The notes beneath the pieces were generated by a model that made no database searches, was not told the DNA's origin, and saw only the letters and a list, made by a program, of their open reading frames with translations. 64,000 bases of DNA from Octopus vulgaris (lineage: Eukaryota), in NCBI GenBank assembly GCA_951406725.2, contig OX597814.1:41850001-41914000 (forward strand). The letters are read 5' to 3'. Positions within the stretch are counted from its first letter, which is position 1. The number at the start of each line of letters is the position of its first letter. Position numbers and translations under genes: made by a program. Shown here in pieces: positions 15,469 to 29,159 of this stretch.

Positions 15469-15509
<41 letters not shown>

Positions 15510-15571
15510 TTATAAAAAGAAGAAAATATTCTTCTATTTAACTTCCTTTAACATATGCAAAATATAATGCA

Positions 15572-15606
<35 letters not shown>

Positions 15607-16059
15607 CCCAGTCACATACCTGCAACTACATACTCTTTCCATCTCTTCCCCCCCATTTCTCTCCCCCTCTCTCTCTCTCGTTCTCTCTCTCCTATATCGA
15701 TAGTTTGATATGGAGATATATAAATATGTACATATACATGGAGAGAAAGGGTCACGTGTGATTTCTTTTTTTATTTTGCATATACGCTATTTGTTGTTAT
15801 TATTATGTTGTCATGAAAGGGGGGGGGTCCTATACTTCGAGATGGAAATACTACAAATAAATACATTAACTAACCAACCTGATTGAAAATGCAAACATCA
15901 AAGACAAGAATACTACCTCGCATAAAATACAATTGAAACTTGCCATCATGCAACGGTATTAGTAAATATCAAAGGAATCATTTTATGGAAAATTATAAAC
16001 AATTGGACTAAGCATAAACCACTAAAATTTTACTCATGTAAAACCTCATATTTAGTAGA

Positions 16060-16240
16060 AGTCGGCGATCTGGCAGGATCATCGTCATTCCGTCGGACAA
16101 AGTGCTAAACGGCATTTCTTCCGGTTTTACATTCTGAGTTCAAATACCACCGAAGTTCACTTTGACTTTCATCCGTTGATGGTCGGTAAAATAAGTATCA
16201 ATTGAGCTCTGGTGTCGATTTATTCGATTACCCTCCTCCT
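16060..16240 (+). mobile_element. SINE family A, old copy
   Basis: GGCGATCTGGCAGGATC head, GAGTTCAAATACC, and CTTTCATCCGTTGATGGTCGGTAAAATAAGTATC. Confidence 0.7.
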
Positions 16241-16697
16241 CTCAATATTTAGTTGTAGCAACAACTGTAGTCACAGTTATCATGGATATCATGGATATCA
16301 ACAAATCTTTCAGATTCATCCTATACCATCTGCTTATATACAAAACAACTTCCTAGAGACAAGAGAACAGCTTATAAATACATTTCAGTTATTTCGAAAA
16401 TTTCCTCAGAAACAAAATTTATACTGACGTAGAACATACGAAACACACAATTTTCTTTTTTTACCATTTTTGGAAATTAAGTGCAGGTATACCCCATGGT
16501 AGAGAAGCATTGCATTTATGAAAACTTTGCCGTATCGGCATGATCCGAAATGCAAAGAATATTTTCATATTTACTTTTATGTAAAACAAACACACTGATA
16601 TAATATATTTCGTATGACGTATAACGCATCAAACATATTCGGAAATACGTAAGATTTAATAAAGAGAGCGATGTGGAGTAGACGTACATAGCGTATG

Positions 16698-16923
16698 TTC
16701 ACCGTCATCAATTCACGCAGGGAAAGCTCAACGTCATCAATTCACCGTTCTTTTCTTTTTGTCATTTTTGGTCAATAGAATAGTTTTTAACTATTGTCGG
16801 GGTGATACTAAGGGTATATTTTCTCAGTAACCATTCCTCACGGCGAACTTTCTTGACAGTGAGCTTTCTTCATTGTGGACTTGCGTCAAGGTGAATTGAT
16901 GGCGATGAAAAGATGACGGTGAA
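16698..16923. mobile_element. foldback/MITE-like element with repeated subterminal motif
   Basis: TTCACCGTCATC / CGTCATCAATTCACC / GAAAGCTCA on the left are mirrored by GATGACGGTGAA / GGTGAATTGATGGCG / TGAGCTTTC on the right. Confidence 0.6.
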
Positions 16924-17913
16924 TTTACCTGTAATCATAGTGTACACATATTCACTACATTTAGACAACCTAAGCGCAGGATTGCATCAGTATGAAACCT
17001 ATGCACTAGTTACATTATCGTTTACGTTAGTTCTTTTGATCCTTAACTAATCTTTCCAAAATACATTCGTCATCAGAACAAGTAAAAGTAGAGCAATGTA
17101 AGTCAACATGGAACAAAAACTACATGATTAAGGAGAAAAGTAAATTATGGAAATTACTTCTTCCGTAAGAGTGACCTAGTAACATCGCATTAATTTACTC
17201 TGCAAACCCTAAGTATCTGGCAATAAATTCAAATTCACAACGATACACATCACAGTAAATTCTTGGCAACGAAATGTTGTGACACCATGCTTAGTATCCT
17301 TGGTCTGCTATACATCCACTCTGTCAAGACAAATTAACAAAAAACATACGTTTTGACAAAAATAGAAGCAACATCAATAATCATATTAACTTCAAATATT
17401 TTGCTTCATTGCACACTACAAATGTAAGTTCAGTGAAATAGAAATGGCCCCATTCTAACCAAATTTTCTTTCTACGTCTCTACGGTGTACTTCCATCACA
17501 CCCGAGTGATCTACGTGATCTACGGAAGATCTACGAGATCATTCGACTAGCTAAAATTAGTAGCTAAACATTCCTCCGAATACCGTTTTAAGAAGAAAAA
17601 CAACTAATAACATTGTAGTACAAACAAGTTATTTAAAAAAGATCATGTCGGCAAAAATATTCAAAAAGCTTAGAGAGAATACATATTAACTTGTCTACTT
17701 GAAGAAACATCCAGGTATCCAACAAAATCAGTGATGGCAATATGATGAGTATATAACAAATGTGTCAGTGAAGAAAATATATGATCCCTCTAGCAGGATT
17801 TCTACTACAAGTTTAACAGTTAGAATTAATCACACGTGCTGTGTGAATTTATATTAGCAGAATCCATGGATTACCATTCGTTATCCGGTGGATGAACAAC
17901 GTGCAATATCTCT

Positions 17914-18137
17914 CGAGCTGGCAGACACGTTAGCGTCCGGTGAAATGCTTAGCAGTGTTTCGTCTCTCATTACATTCTGAGTTCAAATTCCGCCGAGGTC
18001 GAGTTTGCCTTTCATCCTTTCGGGGTCGATAAGTAAAGTACCAGTTTCGCACTGAGGTCGATGTAATCGACTTAATCCCTTTGTCTGTCCTTGTTTGTCC
18101 CCTCTCTGTTTAGCCACTTTTGTGCAATAAAGAAATA
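17914..18137 (+). mobile_element. SINE family A with 9-bp TSD
   Basis: Near-full copy flanked by AATATCTCT at 17905-17913 and 18138-18146. Confidence 0.88.
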
Positions 18138-18921
18138 AATATCTCTGTTTAATCATATCTTGCTAAAAGGTACTAGATACGTTCACAATCACGACTGCTG
18201 ATTCATGTGCGAGGACACTTATATATAATGTATGATTCAGGGCGACCTGCCATATATGAAAACTGTGTACAAACTGGAAACTGTGTGAAATCTCCGCTGA
18301 CAGCTCACTAGTGTGCTATATAAATTACTTACTTTATATTTCTTGCTACGAATTCATGCAAAAAAGACTTGTGATCTCGCTTTGGTGTAGTGATTAGCAC
18401 AGGTGTACATTTTACAGCAGACACGATTTCCGAATGCCGGAAGACATTACAACTTTCTTTTTACTTATTTACACATACATACGTACACCCCGCCCACACA
18501 TATACATTGTATCTATATATACATATACAATGTTGTTTCCTGGGGTAAGTTAGGTAATTATACATTGCTCCAGTCTTCTCAGTTACACTCGAGTGCTTGT
18601 GAAGCCCTCTCTAACTATACCTGTTGCATGCTACACGTAGTAATCGACCAACATTTAAAGGGTGGAGATGGATTTGTTTCTGCTAGCGTCTACTTAGTTA
18701 TGTAAAGCTATTGATGCGACTGATGTAGATGCTACACTATCGTCTACTATACTCAATGGCGAGAGAACAAACAATGATTAATAAAAGTAAAATATAGATT
18801 TCTACATGAATCTAATTGAAAATTTAAATATGTAAAGAAAAAATATCGAGAAAATATGATTACAATCAATGCTCCAAAAATTGCAGGTACAAACATGAGT
18901 ATATCTTCAGAGAGAGAGTGA

Positions 18922-18967
<46 letters not shown>

Positions 18968-18989
18968 AGATGTAGTTGTCTACATACGT

Positions 18990-19260
18990 TCTTACTCATA
19001 GACACTAATGTAATATTGACACCACTACACGAAACATTAATGGTCCTAACGTGTTTACAGTCAAAGGAAAGAAGAACTAATTTGTGATTTTCTGTAGGTA
19101 TTTCTTTGTTGACTCTAATAGAAGTATTACACCAATAGGATTGAGAAGCCACATCAGATATTTTTAAAATATTTATTGAAAGTCAACTGTTAAGATTGAC
19201 CCACTTGTACCTGTTTAATTTTAATCTTATTGTGCGTTTTAAAAGACATTTTTGTGGAAT
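18990..19260 (-). pseudogene. possible Penelope-like element coding remnant
   Basis: ORF 18907..19152 contains PTENHKLV...RTINVSCS, weakly resembling the PLE post-RT segment FP..HKL..IFN..TVKISYSC. Confidence 0.3.
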
Positions 19261-20317
19261 AGTTTGGAAGTTCTCGAAATAGTTTGGATGTTCTTTTATT
19301 TTCAATAAACCACTTGCATGGTTCTGCTTATTTTACGCCAAATATATATTTAGAACCTATTTCTTTGTTAAGAATTTTTCTTCACATAGACACAGAATCG
19401 CACGAGCACTGCACGACAGGTATGCTCATTCACACGTATTGGTATACATGCATCGATTGGAATATAAATATCAAATTGTGTTCAACTACGTTATTTTGCG
19501 CTGAAATGAATGCTTTATAATTGAATTTCTTATCGTAATATTTAAACTATATTTTAAGATTTCGACTAGTTAACAGCTTGGAGTATATCTGTCTAGAAGT
19601 TTCGAAATAACTTTGCCAAGTACCAAAGTAGACATCTCCTTGAAAGGGTAAGGAGGAATCACCTATGTAGTATCAGGCAAATATTACTTAAATAATATAC
19701 TACTATTCCACAAGAGGAATGATGTATTGCCTGTTATTCTATTTCTTATGTTTTGCTATACCCTGGACGCGCATAGTGATACGACTCTACCAAGACTGTT
19801 CAACCAGAGCTGACATGGGGTTAAAATTGCTAACAATAACACCAAATAGATTTCAGAAACCTACTGCTGTTTAGCAGAGACTTGGAGCAAGGTTATATTT
19901 ATTGAGCTTGATATCACGTATGCAGATCGATATTTAACCAGACTAGCTAAGAGTCAACAGGAGAAGAAACGAATAATTAGCCTTGAAAGTTAAATCTTCG
20001 AGGAAGATATCACTGAACACATTATATTCAATATACATTGACTGATAATATTTGATGAAAATATATAGATATTCAGAAACACACACATTCAAACGCATAT
20101 ATCCTCGTGCATATGTTTATGTCAACCACATACGCACATTTGAATTTAGTTACAGAAAAACAACTCATCTAAATACATATAATAAAAGTAGACACACGTA
20201 TTCACATATCACTCAACACATATACTTTGAAGGCTATCGAATTATGATATCCTGAGAAATCGAACAAATATAGTAATCGCCAGTGAAACAAAATGTGGAA
20301 ACGACTGTTGAAAACAA

Positions 20318-20362
<45 letters not shown>

Positions 20363-21079
20363 TACGAACACACACATACACACACACAGACGCACATAGT
20401 CACACATACATACACGTGCATATGTATTTAGATATATGTGTGAGTGAGTATGACTACGTCTCTATGTAACTGAATGACTGTATTAACTCACCGTTCTTTG
20501 GGGAGTATGAATGAAAAAAAATAACTGACACTATTTTGTATTATTTATCATGAAATATTGAGATGTCTGTGTCGATATTTTCAAAGATAAATATTCAAAG
20601 GGTGGATGTTTCCTATATTTTTCCCGAGCGAGTTGCTTTCTGTTTGAACGAGTCAGCTGTCTACAGCTCAGAACTTCGAGTTGTAAATCTCATGTTGTTG
20701 TTGTTGGTTGTAGTAGTTGCTTTGATTGTTGTTGTGGTGGCGATGGTGTCGAGGACGTGTTTGTTTAGTCACAGGTCGACCATGGAGTGTTTTATACCCT
20801 CCTACGATGGTGAGATGAAGAAAGGAAGTGATACTCCACAGCAAAACTTTGCTCGAATATTTTCGAAATAAACTTTTCCTCTATGTCACCTAAGAGACGG
20901 ATTTGGGTGTCAAAGCAACCACCGATTTTATTTAACAAGTTCAACTTCATACACACACCGTCTTCTCAAAATTGAATCGCAAATTATTGACTGATTTTTG
21001 TTGAAGTTACTTTTTCACTTATCGTGAAGTGGGATTGAACAGGACATACCATAGAAGCAAACCAAACATCTTACTCTCA

Positions 21080-21385
21080 CTGCACACCAACCAAAGTACA
21101 AATATATGGGAAACTATCACCTGTATCATCTCTTGTGAAAGGTAGAAGAGTCCAGCTTGCTGGACATTGTTGCACAGCTGAAAACGAGGTAATTTCTCCT
21201 CTTCTCCTCTGGAAGCCATCTGCTCACGATACCAGAGGGTGCACACTCTCCTACCCTGATGTAATCTCCAGGGATACAGGCATCCAGCTACAAGAGCTCC
21301 GTAATGCTATGATGGACCGTGAAGTCTGGCGTAACATGGTAAATTCCACTGTCTCGACCACGGTCGAACAATGATGATGATGATG
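21080..21385 (+). mobile_element. 5'-truncated RTE-like LINE 3' end
   Basis: Reads HPTKVQIYGKLSPVSSLVKGRRVQLAGHCC...LLLWKP...LSYPDVISRDTG...AMMDREVWR, then a stop and a (TGA)n tail. Confidence 0.8.
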
Positions 21386-22480
21386 CACACCACACAATGG
21401 TATGCTTCGCGCCTTGCATCGAATAAAAAATATGATGCAAAGCCAAGTGATTTTGACTGACAATTCGTTTTACAAACACCCCACTAGATGTCGAAATAGC
21501 AGGTGTAACATTGGTATATGTTGATAGTATACTCTACAACTTTATTTCTACAATATTGGACAATGTAGAGTAAAATTGTGAACAAAGATGTATCAGCTAT
21601 GAAGATTGCTGTCTTTCATATCAACCTGTTATATGTAGAGCTACACTGTCAAATATGTTGTTTTTTTTCGTTTTAAAATAGTGGGATATAATTTTATAGA
21701 TTATTACCTGCTATTTCTGATAAATTTGTCAGAGCACATATACAGTCTTTTTTACATGGCATAATATGTAATTGACTATTGTGTTTTATGACATTCCCTG
21801 AATTCGCTGAGGTAAATAAAAGTTTAAATTGAGTGAACTTCCCGAAGCTAAACCGAAATTATCTACAATGTTCATTTAGATAGGGTTTTCTCCCTTCTAC
21901 ATAATACCACACTCTCTCATTCCGTCTGTCAACCACAATACATGCTTCGATCACAATATATTTTACAAGTAGGCGAGTAGCTAATACTTTATGGTTTCTT
22001 ATGGAATATAATTGGTGAAAAGTTTAACTATGTAGTACCTTTCCTAGACCATAATATCTTGACAGCCACATCGTCTTGTATGAATTTCAGAGTAATTATA
22101 ATTATGTATTTCGAAATATTGACTACCTCTGTGAATACAAGTTGATGCATGGGATTAATGGGTGTTTCCTTTACAAATAAGCACTCCTAATCTTTTCAGG
22201 ATATTCCTATTCTGTCTGTTCTTGGATCCTACATACTCGGTTTGACACGTTTCCTTTATTTTTCTCTCTCACTCGTCCACTTCGAGCTACAACCTGTTCA
22301 AGCTTACCCAAAAAGTTTCACTTAGATGTGTAGGAAGAAGGAATTCAAAGTCTTTAGCTTTTAAACTCACCAAAACAAAAGTAAATCTGAACTCCATGGT
22401 GGATGAGATTTCCAAGTTTATTTGCACTTTGACATATTCCATTTATTGTTTACGTATTCCATTTCGAGTTTCTTTCCTTC

Positions 22481-22558
<78 letters not shown>

Positions 22559-22559
22559 A

Positions 22560-22592
<33 letters not shown>

Positions 22593-22593
22593 G

Positions 22594-22655
<62 letters not shown>

Positions 22656-22754
22656 CATCTATCTATCTATTTATCTTTCTATTTCTCTCTCTCTCCCTTT
22701 TCTTTCTCTCTCCCTTTTCTTTCTCTCTCCCATCTCTTTCCCTCTCTCTTTTAT

Positions 22755-22788
<34 letters not shown>

Positions 22789-25700
22789 CATATTTGTGTT
22801 TATATACACATATACACACGTACATATACACATACATACTACACATACATACATATCTGTGTGTGTGCGTGTGCGAGTATGCGTGAATGTGTGTGTTTGT
22901 GTGCGTGCGTGCGTGCGTAAGTATGTACGTACGCTGTACATATGAACGCTTTTTGATATTGCTTTTATGAGCACCTAGTCGAATGTAGCGTCACTACAAA
23001 AACAAAGTTTACATGAATACAGAAAACATTAGGACATATTTATTTCATTGTTTCTATTTTCTTTGAAAATACGCGGTGGTTTTCGACGTTTCTTTGAAAA
23101 TATCGATGATATTGATTTGCTGTGTAACTTTATGTATTATTAGCTTTGTCATGTCACCAAATAGCAAATCTTTGAATGAAACACACTGTACGGGGTCGTT
23201 TGGTATGCTAGAAATAACAATATATTTCTTGATTTACAGGAATGCTTATTTTAATAGAAAGGGTGTTAAAAGCTGTCCCAAAATGCCCTTTATAGCTTTA
23301 AGAAAAGGGGAAAATAAGGAAGGCATAGCGAAGAAGCTATAACAATAAATTTTTATATGGATGCAACGAATTTTTGCTAGGATTTGTAATATTTACGCAG
23401 CTCAGGAATTAGGACACCGAAATTTAAGTGACAATATTTATTGCTGAGTTCAAATATTGATGTGGTCTGTAAGACCACATCAATATTCATGATGTCAGTG
23501 ATTTCAGAAATATGTTGCATGCAAAGACAGCAGTATTTAGTTGGAGTTTTTGAAATATTTGCATTACAGGTTCATAGTATATAGGTATACACGTGTACCA
23601 GAGGGGTACTTATTGACTGTACTAGGTATTCGGTTTCACCTCAGTAACAAAAGTAAAGAAAGCTTCGGTGTGTATTTACTACTGCGCATTGAAGTTCAAA
23701 TAAACTCGTAATTTAAAACTATGATTTGATAATTTATTAGCTTAGGTTAGAATTAGATCTAAAAGGAAAAAATGAATCATTAAAAGGGGCAAAGGTGGGC
23801 TAAATAAGAACTATAATTAAGAATAGTGTCTATTTTCCATTATGGTTGTTAGGCTGTTTTTGATTTGTAGTTAAGGTATTGTTTTGGTTTCGTTCTGATT
23901 ATATTCATACAACGGTGCTATTGATAATGCTGCGAGACATTATCAAACATACAACTTTGACCATTCCTCTAGAAGAAAGTTGTTTTTATGTAAGCTATTT
24001 TTCAAATATATTACTGGGACATACTGAGAAGATATCTGCAAATAGCAGTAGGGACATTTTTCAAGCCAGATTAATTTTTAGATGTTTTATATGAAAAACG
24101 TATAATAAACCATGCGCTTTTGCGTATATTTTCGCTGTGAACATATATGTAATATAAAATTATGCATAATATTTCTTATGTGGAACATTAAAAAAATATG
24201 AAAATGTGGATTTAAATAAATGACTTTTTCATATGTTAATAAATAAATAAATAAATAATGAAGATATGAATGAATGCATAACCAACTAAAGTGCATAATA
24301 TATATGAACAAAATTAAAATAAATGCAACTCATGGGCAGTTGAATGTTATAGAGATTAATAAATTACCTTAAAACATTTAAAACGATCTTATATCAATAG
24401 ACATTACTTATTCTAAGAATAATTTCTTTTCCCACAAAATAAAGATAAAAACATAAAATGGAAGAAGGAAAATAATGTGGAAATAGTTTTCGTTATATGA
24501 AATAATTTTCTTCCATATACGATTTGGACGTATATCTATGTGTATGTACGCGCTTGTATTTTATTTTTGCCTATTGGAGTATCAGGTTATCTTGGATTTG
24601 AAATTTAATTAAACATGAGATGTATTATACAAAGTTCACGTTATTGACATTATAAAATTTCAAATTTGAATATAATTGGTTAAGCAAAAAGAGACAAAAT
24701 TTCTTATTCATTTTTAGATTGTTTTTCAATACGAAGCGAATAAACAAAATCTAAATATAACAAAACAGAAGTTATATTGCATTTGTATGACTTAATGTGA
24801 TTTACTTAATATAAAAGAGATTTCTTCTATTTCCTGTTAAGCTGACAAGAGGAAGAGATATTTGATACTTATGGTCGAAGAGAGAACTGTAGTAGAGAAG
24901 AGAATTGTAGACACACATACATATCTCAACAACAGGCGTATATGCATGTGTACACTCACCCACAGCCACAAACAGACACACACACATATATTTATAAGTA
25001 TGTTTATATGTCTGTGTACGTGTCTGTGCGTGTGTGTGTGTCTGTACGTGTGTTTGTGTGTATATTTGAGTATTGTTGTTGACGTGTGGTGATCAGAAGG
25101 TACAAGAAGTCGATAATCTAGTCCTGTTTCAACTTGACCATGTTTTGAACACTGAGAGAATGTGCAGGTTGTGAGCTGAGAAAGTAGAAGCCGAAAATAT
25201 TCGGCATGAATACTCACAGATTTGTATGAGAAGACCGCCATATTTATTTTGAGTCTAGAAGACTTCCATCGAATTTGAATTAAAAAAAAAAAAGTTAACA
25301 TCAGCGATGCACGCACAAACACGCGCGGACATACACACCTACACGCACACATACATACATGCACACACACTCGCGAATACACATATACATGCATACTAGT
25401 CGAGTAGCCCGTGATTGCCGGGGACTTTTCGCAATAGAATTCCTTCATTTCATTTCTTTTAGTCTATATCTGACACTGTCATCCCTGACGAATCCCCGCC
25501 TCTTGATCACGAAGAATTTTCACCATTATTTGGGACAATTTTCATTGTAACGTTAAACGAATTGGTTTTTGTTTTTCTACATGGTGCATAGATGTAAAGA
25601 TTTTTCTTACTATCTCTTCTTGAACATCTAGCGCAAAACACTATGGGTGAAGGTGAAGCAAGGCTCTTCAAGTTCTAAACTGGCAACCGAAACTGTTTAC

Positions 25701-26399
25701 CCTGGCGTTTTCTTGATGGCCATACGAATACTAATATTCAATTGTGATAGAATTCTTTTGGAGAGTAATTGGATATCTCCTGGATCTGTGTGACCGAAGC
25801 TCTTGTGCACCAGTCATCTAATCAATGCATTCTATGTTCGGAGAAACTCCGATAGAGTGGATGGTTTTTGTTGCTGTCACAAAATTTAATATTTCAAAAT
25901 AAAATGAAAATTTTCAAATTTGGTATATTGAAGTAAGTTTTCACGTTTCATCCGACTTCGTGATTGACTTATTGAAATTTTTTGTTTAGAAAAATGTTAC
26001 AGGATTTGGAAGGTTGCATTTTCTGAATGATAGCTGCCTATCACAAAATGAAAGCAAATACATGTCATAACAAGGGAGAGACGGGTATCAGCATGCGTGA
26101 GAGATATACATATTAAAAGGAAAGAGTAAGAAAGCCTATGAATAAATATTTAGAAATAGGAGGAAGGCATAAAAGTCAAGGAGAGACAACTAGACAGATA
26201 TGACACATACAGATTATGACAATTAGCGATCGAAAAATTGAGTTATTTCTCGTATCAAAATTATATATTTCGATTACTATTTACCGAAAATCTCTCTGGG
26301 ATGCAGATTGCGAAAATGAAATAGGTTTTTCTCGAGACTGCACCGTTTCAGATATTTTAGGACAATACATACATGCATAATTCACTTATCTGTAACAAA

Positions 26400-26985
26400 A
26401 AATAATTCTCGAGTAATGTTCTGATCTTGTCTACAAGATTCATATTTTTTCCGTCCAAAGGATTTTGAAGACTGCGGAATAAATGATAATCAGTTGGTGC
26501 AATGTCCGACGAATATGTTGGGTGGGGAATCGTTTCCCATTAAAACTGCTACAGCCTTTGGAATGCCATCCATGTGTTTGGCCGAGCATTATCCTGATGG
26601 AAGAATACTTTTCATCTTGAAACCAAAGATGGTCGTTTCTCTTCTAGCGCTGACTTTAGTCGCACACGCTGCTCGCCGATCTCCTTTATTATCGCTTGTT
26701 TTGGATTTAAAAGTTTCAAATTAAATAAATCCTTCATATCCTACCAAACAGATGCCAAAGCCTTACGTGGGTGAAGAACTATTTTAGCGTTGGGTTCCAG
26801 TGTTTCTTCTTTCCCTACCCACTGTATTCTGCACTTTTTAGAGAGAACCCATTTTCTCATAACCAGTCACTATTCGGTCCAAAAAAGCTTCATTCGTGGA
26901 GACGTGATAGCAAAGAAGAGCTCACATTCACACTTTGCACGTGAGTAGACACGGAAAGTTTGTGAGGAAAACATTGACTCAATTT
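26400..26985 (-). pseudogene. mariner transposase catalytic-domain fragment
   Basis: Minus-strand peptides LDRIVTGYEK, HQDNARPNT and WETIPHPTYSSDIAPTDYHLFRSLQNPLDGK match mariner DD34D motifs. Frameshifted; no TIRs seen. Confidence 0.9.
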
Positions 26986-27006
26986 GCTCATTCTTTGCTC
27001 AATCTT

Positions 27007-27135
27007 CAGTCGTTGTATGTGAATGTGCTTGGTGGTGTAGCCATTGTGACTCCTGTTGCAATATAAATAATATTAGTCATGAAGCAATTTCCGTTGAGAG
27101 GACAGGAGGAATTGGTGTTACAGTTGCATTTTGTT
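27007..27135 (-). pseudogene. Penelope-like element Cys-rich/GIY-YIG N-terminal fragment
   Basis: In-frame KCNCNTNSSCPLNGNCFMTNIIYIAT matches the PLE pattern CNC....CPL.G.CL...I.Y.A. Confidence 0.7.
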
Positions 27136-28653
27136 TTCTGTGTGCATTATTGGTTTTTCTCTTTCGAAAGATTCTGATGGTTACAATTAGCTACAGTTCT
27201 TCGTGGTTCTAAGTTCCCCAGTATGATATTTGTTTTCTTTTGTGGGCTCGAAGTGTATTTCGAACATTCTTGCTATTGATGAGGATACTCATCTGCTGAA
27301 ATGTTAAGGTGTGGTGTTTTACACATGCAACATTTATGGCCACTGTTGTGACGGTAGCTGCGTATCTACTCTAGTAGCCACGATATTTTCTTGGTATCAG
27401 ATACAATGTATCTTTCTTTACTCGAATGGTAATACCCACTCCTTCTATCGTGCTATCGATGATAGGTCTGTATAACACCACATTTTGAAAGTCTACCTTC
27501 ACTATGACTCCAACTTGACAATAACACGTAATTAACACTTAACCCCAACTGAGAACTCGTACAATGGCATTACAACGACTGACACACTACTCCCTTTACT
27601 AGCTGACGCCGTCTCACTTTATAGTATTTGGTTCATACCGCTGTCCATCAGGAGGACATTTCTACTACAACTGAAATCAAACCAGATTTTCTCCATTTTC
27701 TAATTTTATGTTATTCTGTGTTTATTGTAGACGTTGAAAATTCAGTGAATAATTAACCATTGGGGATCTTATTACATTTTTAATTGTATTTCTGGTATGA
27801 ATGTTTTTTTTTATGTATTTTCTGAATGTTTTCGTTTTCCTTTTATATGGTTTATTAATAGCAGATTCTTAGTCTCTGATAACGTTAAGACCGCTGATTT
27901 AAAATTTGATTAATTCAGTTGAAAATATTAAGTTTTCAAACAAAAGATTTCATTGCTTCAAAAATTTGCCACATTTTGTTGGTAGTGGTCACTTAGGAGG
28001 GCCGAAAATTGCTTACACCTGCAGTGACATGTGACTGCATAAGACAATCCAAAATTTCGTTAGCATTTTATTTAACTCAGCGCATAACGTTGCCGAAGTC
28101 GCGCAAGTCGAAACTTTAACGTACGTTACAGACAACCTTTTCCTTCTAAATATTATAGATTCAGGAAATACAATAAAATAAATCCTTTTTACATGTTTAT
28201 TAATGTGCAAAACAATTATTGTAAAATACGAATACCCAATAGGAGAATACATTTTAACATAGCATATTTCTCACCTTATTTAGAAGTTTATGTATCTGTA
28301 TTCTATTCTTGAGCAAAAGGCTACATCACATGTTGCTCTGCGATCACTTCCCCGGCTGACGCTTAGTACTCCGTGCAACTTTTGAGACAACATCGATTTG
28401 ATGGAGGGAGTAAGTTAATATTCAGCACGAACATTCGATCATCATATACAAATCATTTGTGCAGTTCGTTGGGCAAATAACTGAATGCTCATACGCCATC
28501 TTCACATAAAACTTCTTCATATATATACATAGATACATACATATATGTGTGTGTGTGTGTGTCTGTCTGTTTGTGTGTGTGCGTAAGAATTTTTTTGCGT
28601 AATGAGATAAAAAAAAACAAGGGTGTGTAGATATTAAAACATTTAAAGATAGG

Positions 28654-28703
28654 TCTTACAGCTGTTTCTAGGATACTTATTACTTATATCCCTTCATCGG
28701 AGA
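28654..28703 (-). ncRNA. type I hammerhead-like motif with U4C core change (PLE pseudo-LTR)
   Basis: Minus strand: TCT-CCGATGA-AGGGATAT...GTATCCTA-GAAAC-AGCT-GTA-AGA. Palindromic stem III ACAGCTGT and 3-bp stem I. Confidence 0.6.
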
Positions 28704-29159
28704 TGGTGTGAGAGGATGGTTAAGTAATAGGTAATTTAGATAGGATACAAAATAGAAAGTGAGTTGCAAGAAAAATAATAGATGTGAGATATGTAGGAAT
28801 ATTGAAGTTGGTATTACTGCTAGTATATATGTATATATACTTGCAGTAAAAACCATCGTCGATCGGCTAATTACTTTTACTCTTTCTAGGGAGCCACATT
28901 CAAAGTATTATTATATATATAATTTACTTCCCCTGTCTGTGTGTATTTGATAAGAGAAAAAGTGTAATAATTGAAGTAGAAAAATATCTCATACACGAAC
29001 TTCTGCTTGTTTATTATATGACAATAATGAGTAAGCTGTATGATTTATTTTATTACAGTAATTCGTATATAAAACATTTCATTGAAAGAGGTAATTTATT
29101 CATTCCTGAATGTAAAGATAGTAATATCAAATTAAGTTATGTATTCATTTTGCATTAAG

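Larger units (their letters stand above)
25396..28159 (-). mobile_element. non-autonomous Helitron (2764 bp) with internal cargo
   Basis: Minus-strand 5' end A|TCTATAATATTTAG at 28159. 3' end hairpin CCCGGCAATCACGGG then CTACTCGACTAG|T at 25396. PIF1 C-terminal remnant at ~25560-25830 (MAIKKTPG*TVSVASLELEEPCFT, NLYIYAPCRKTK). Confidence 0.8.

Noticed and set aside
15840-15990. Possible GIY-YIG remnant
   Set aside because: Too degenerate to support.
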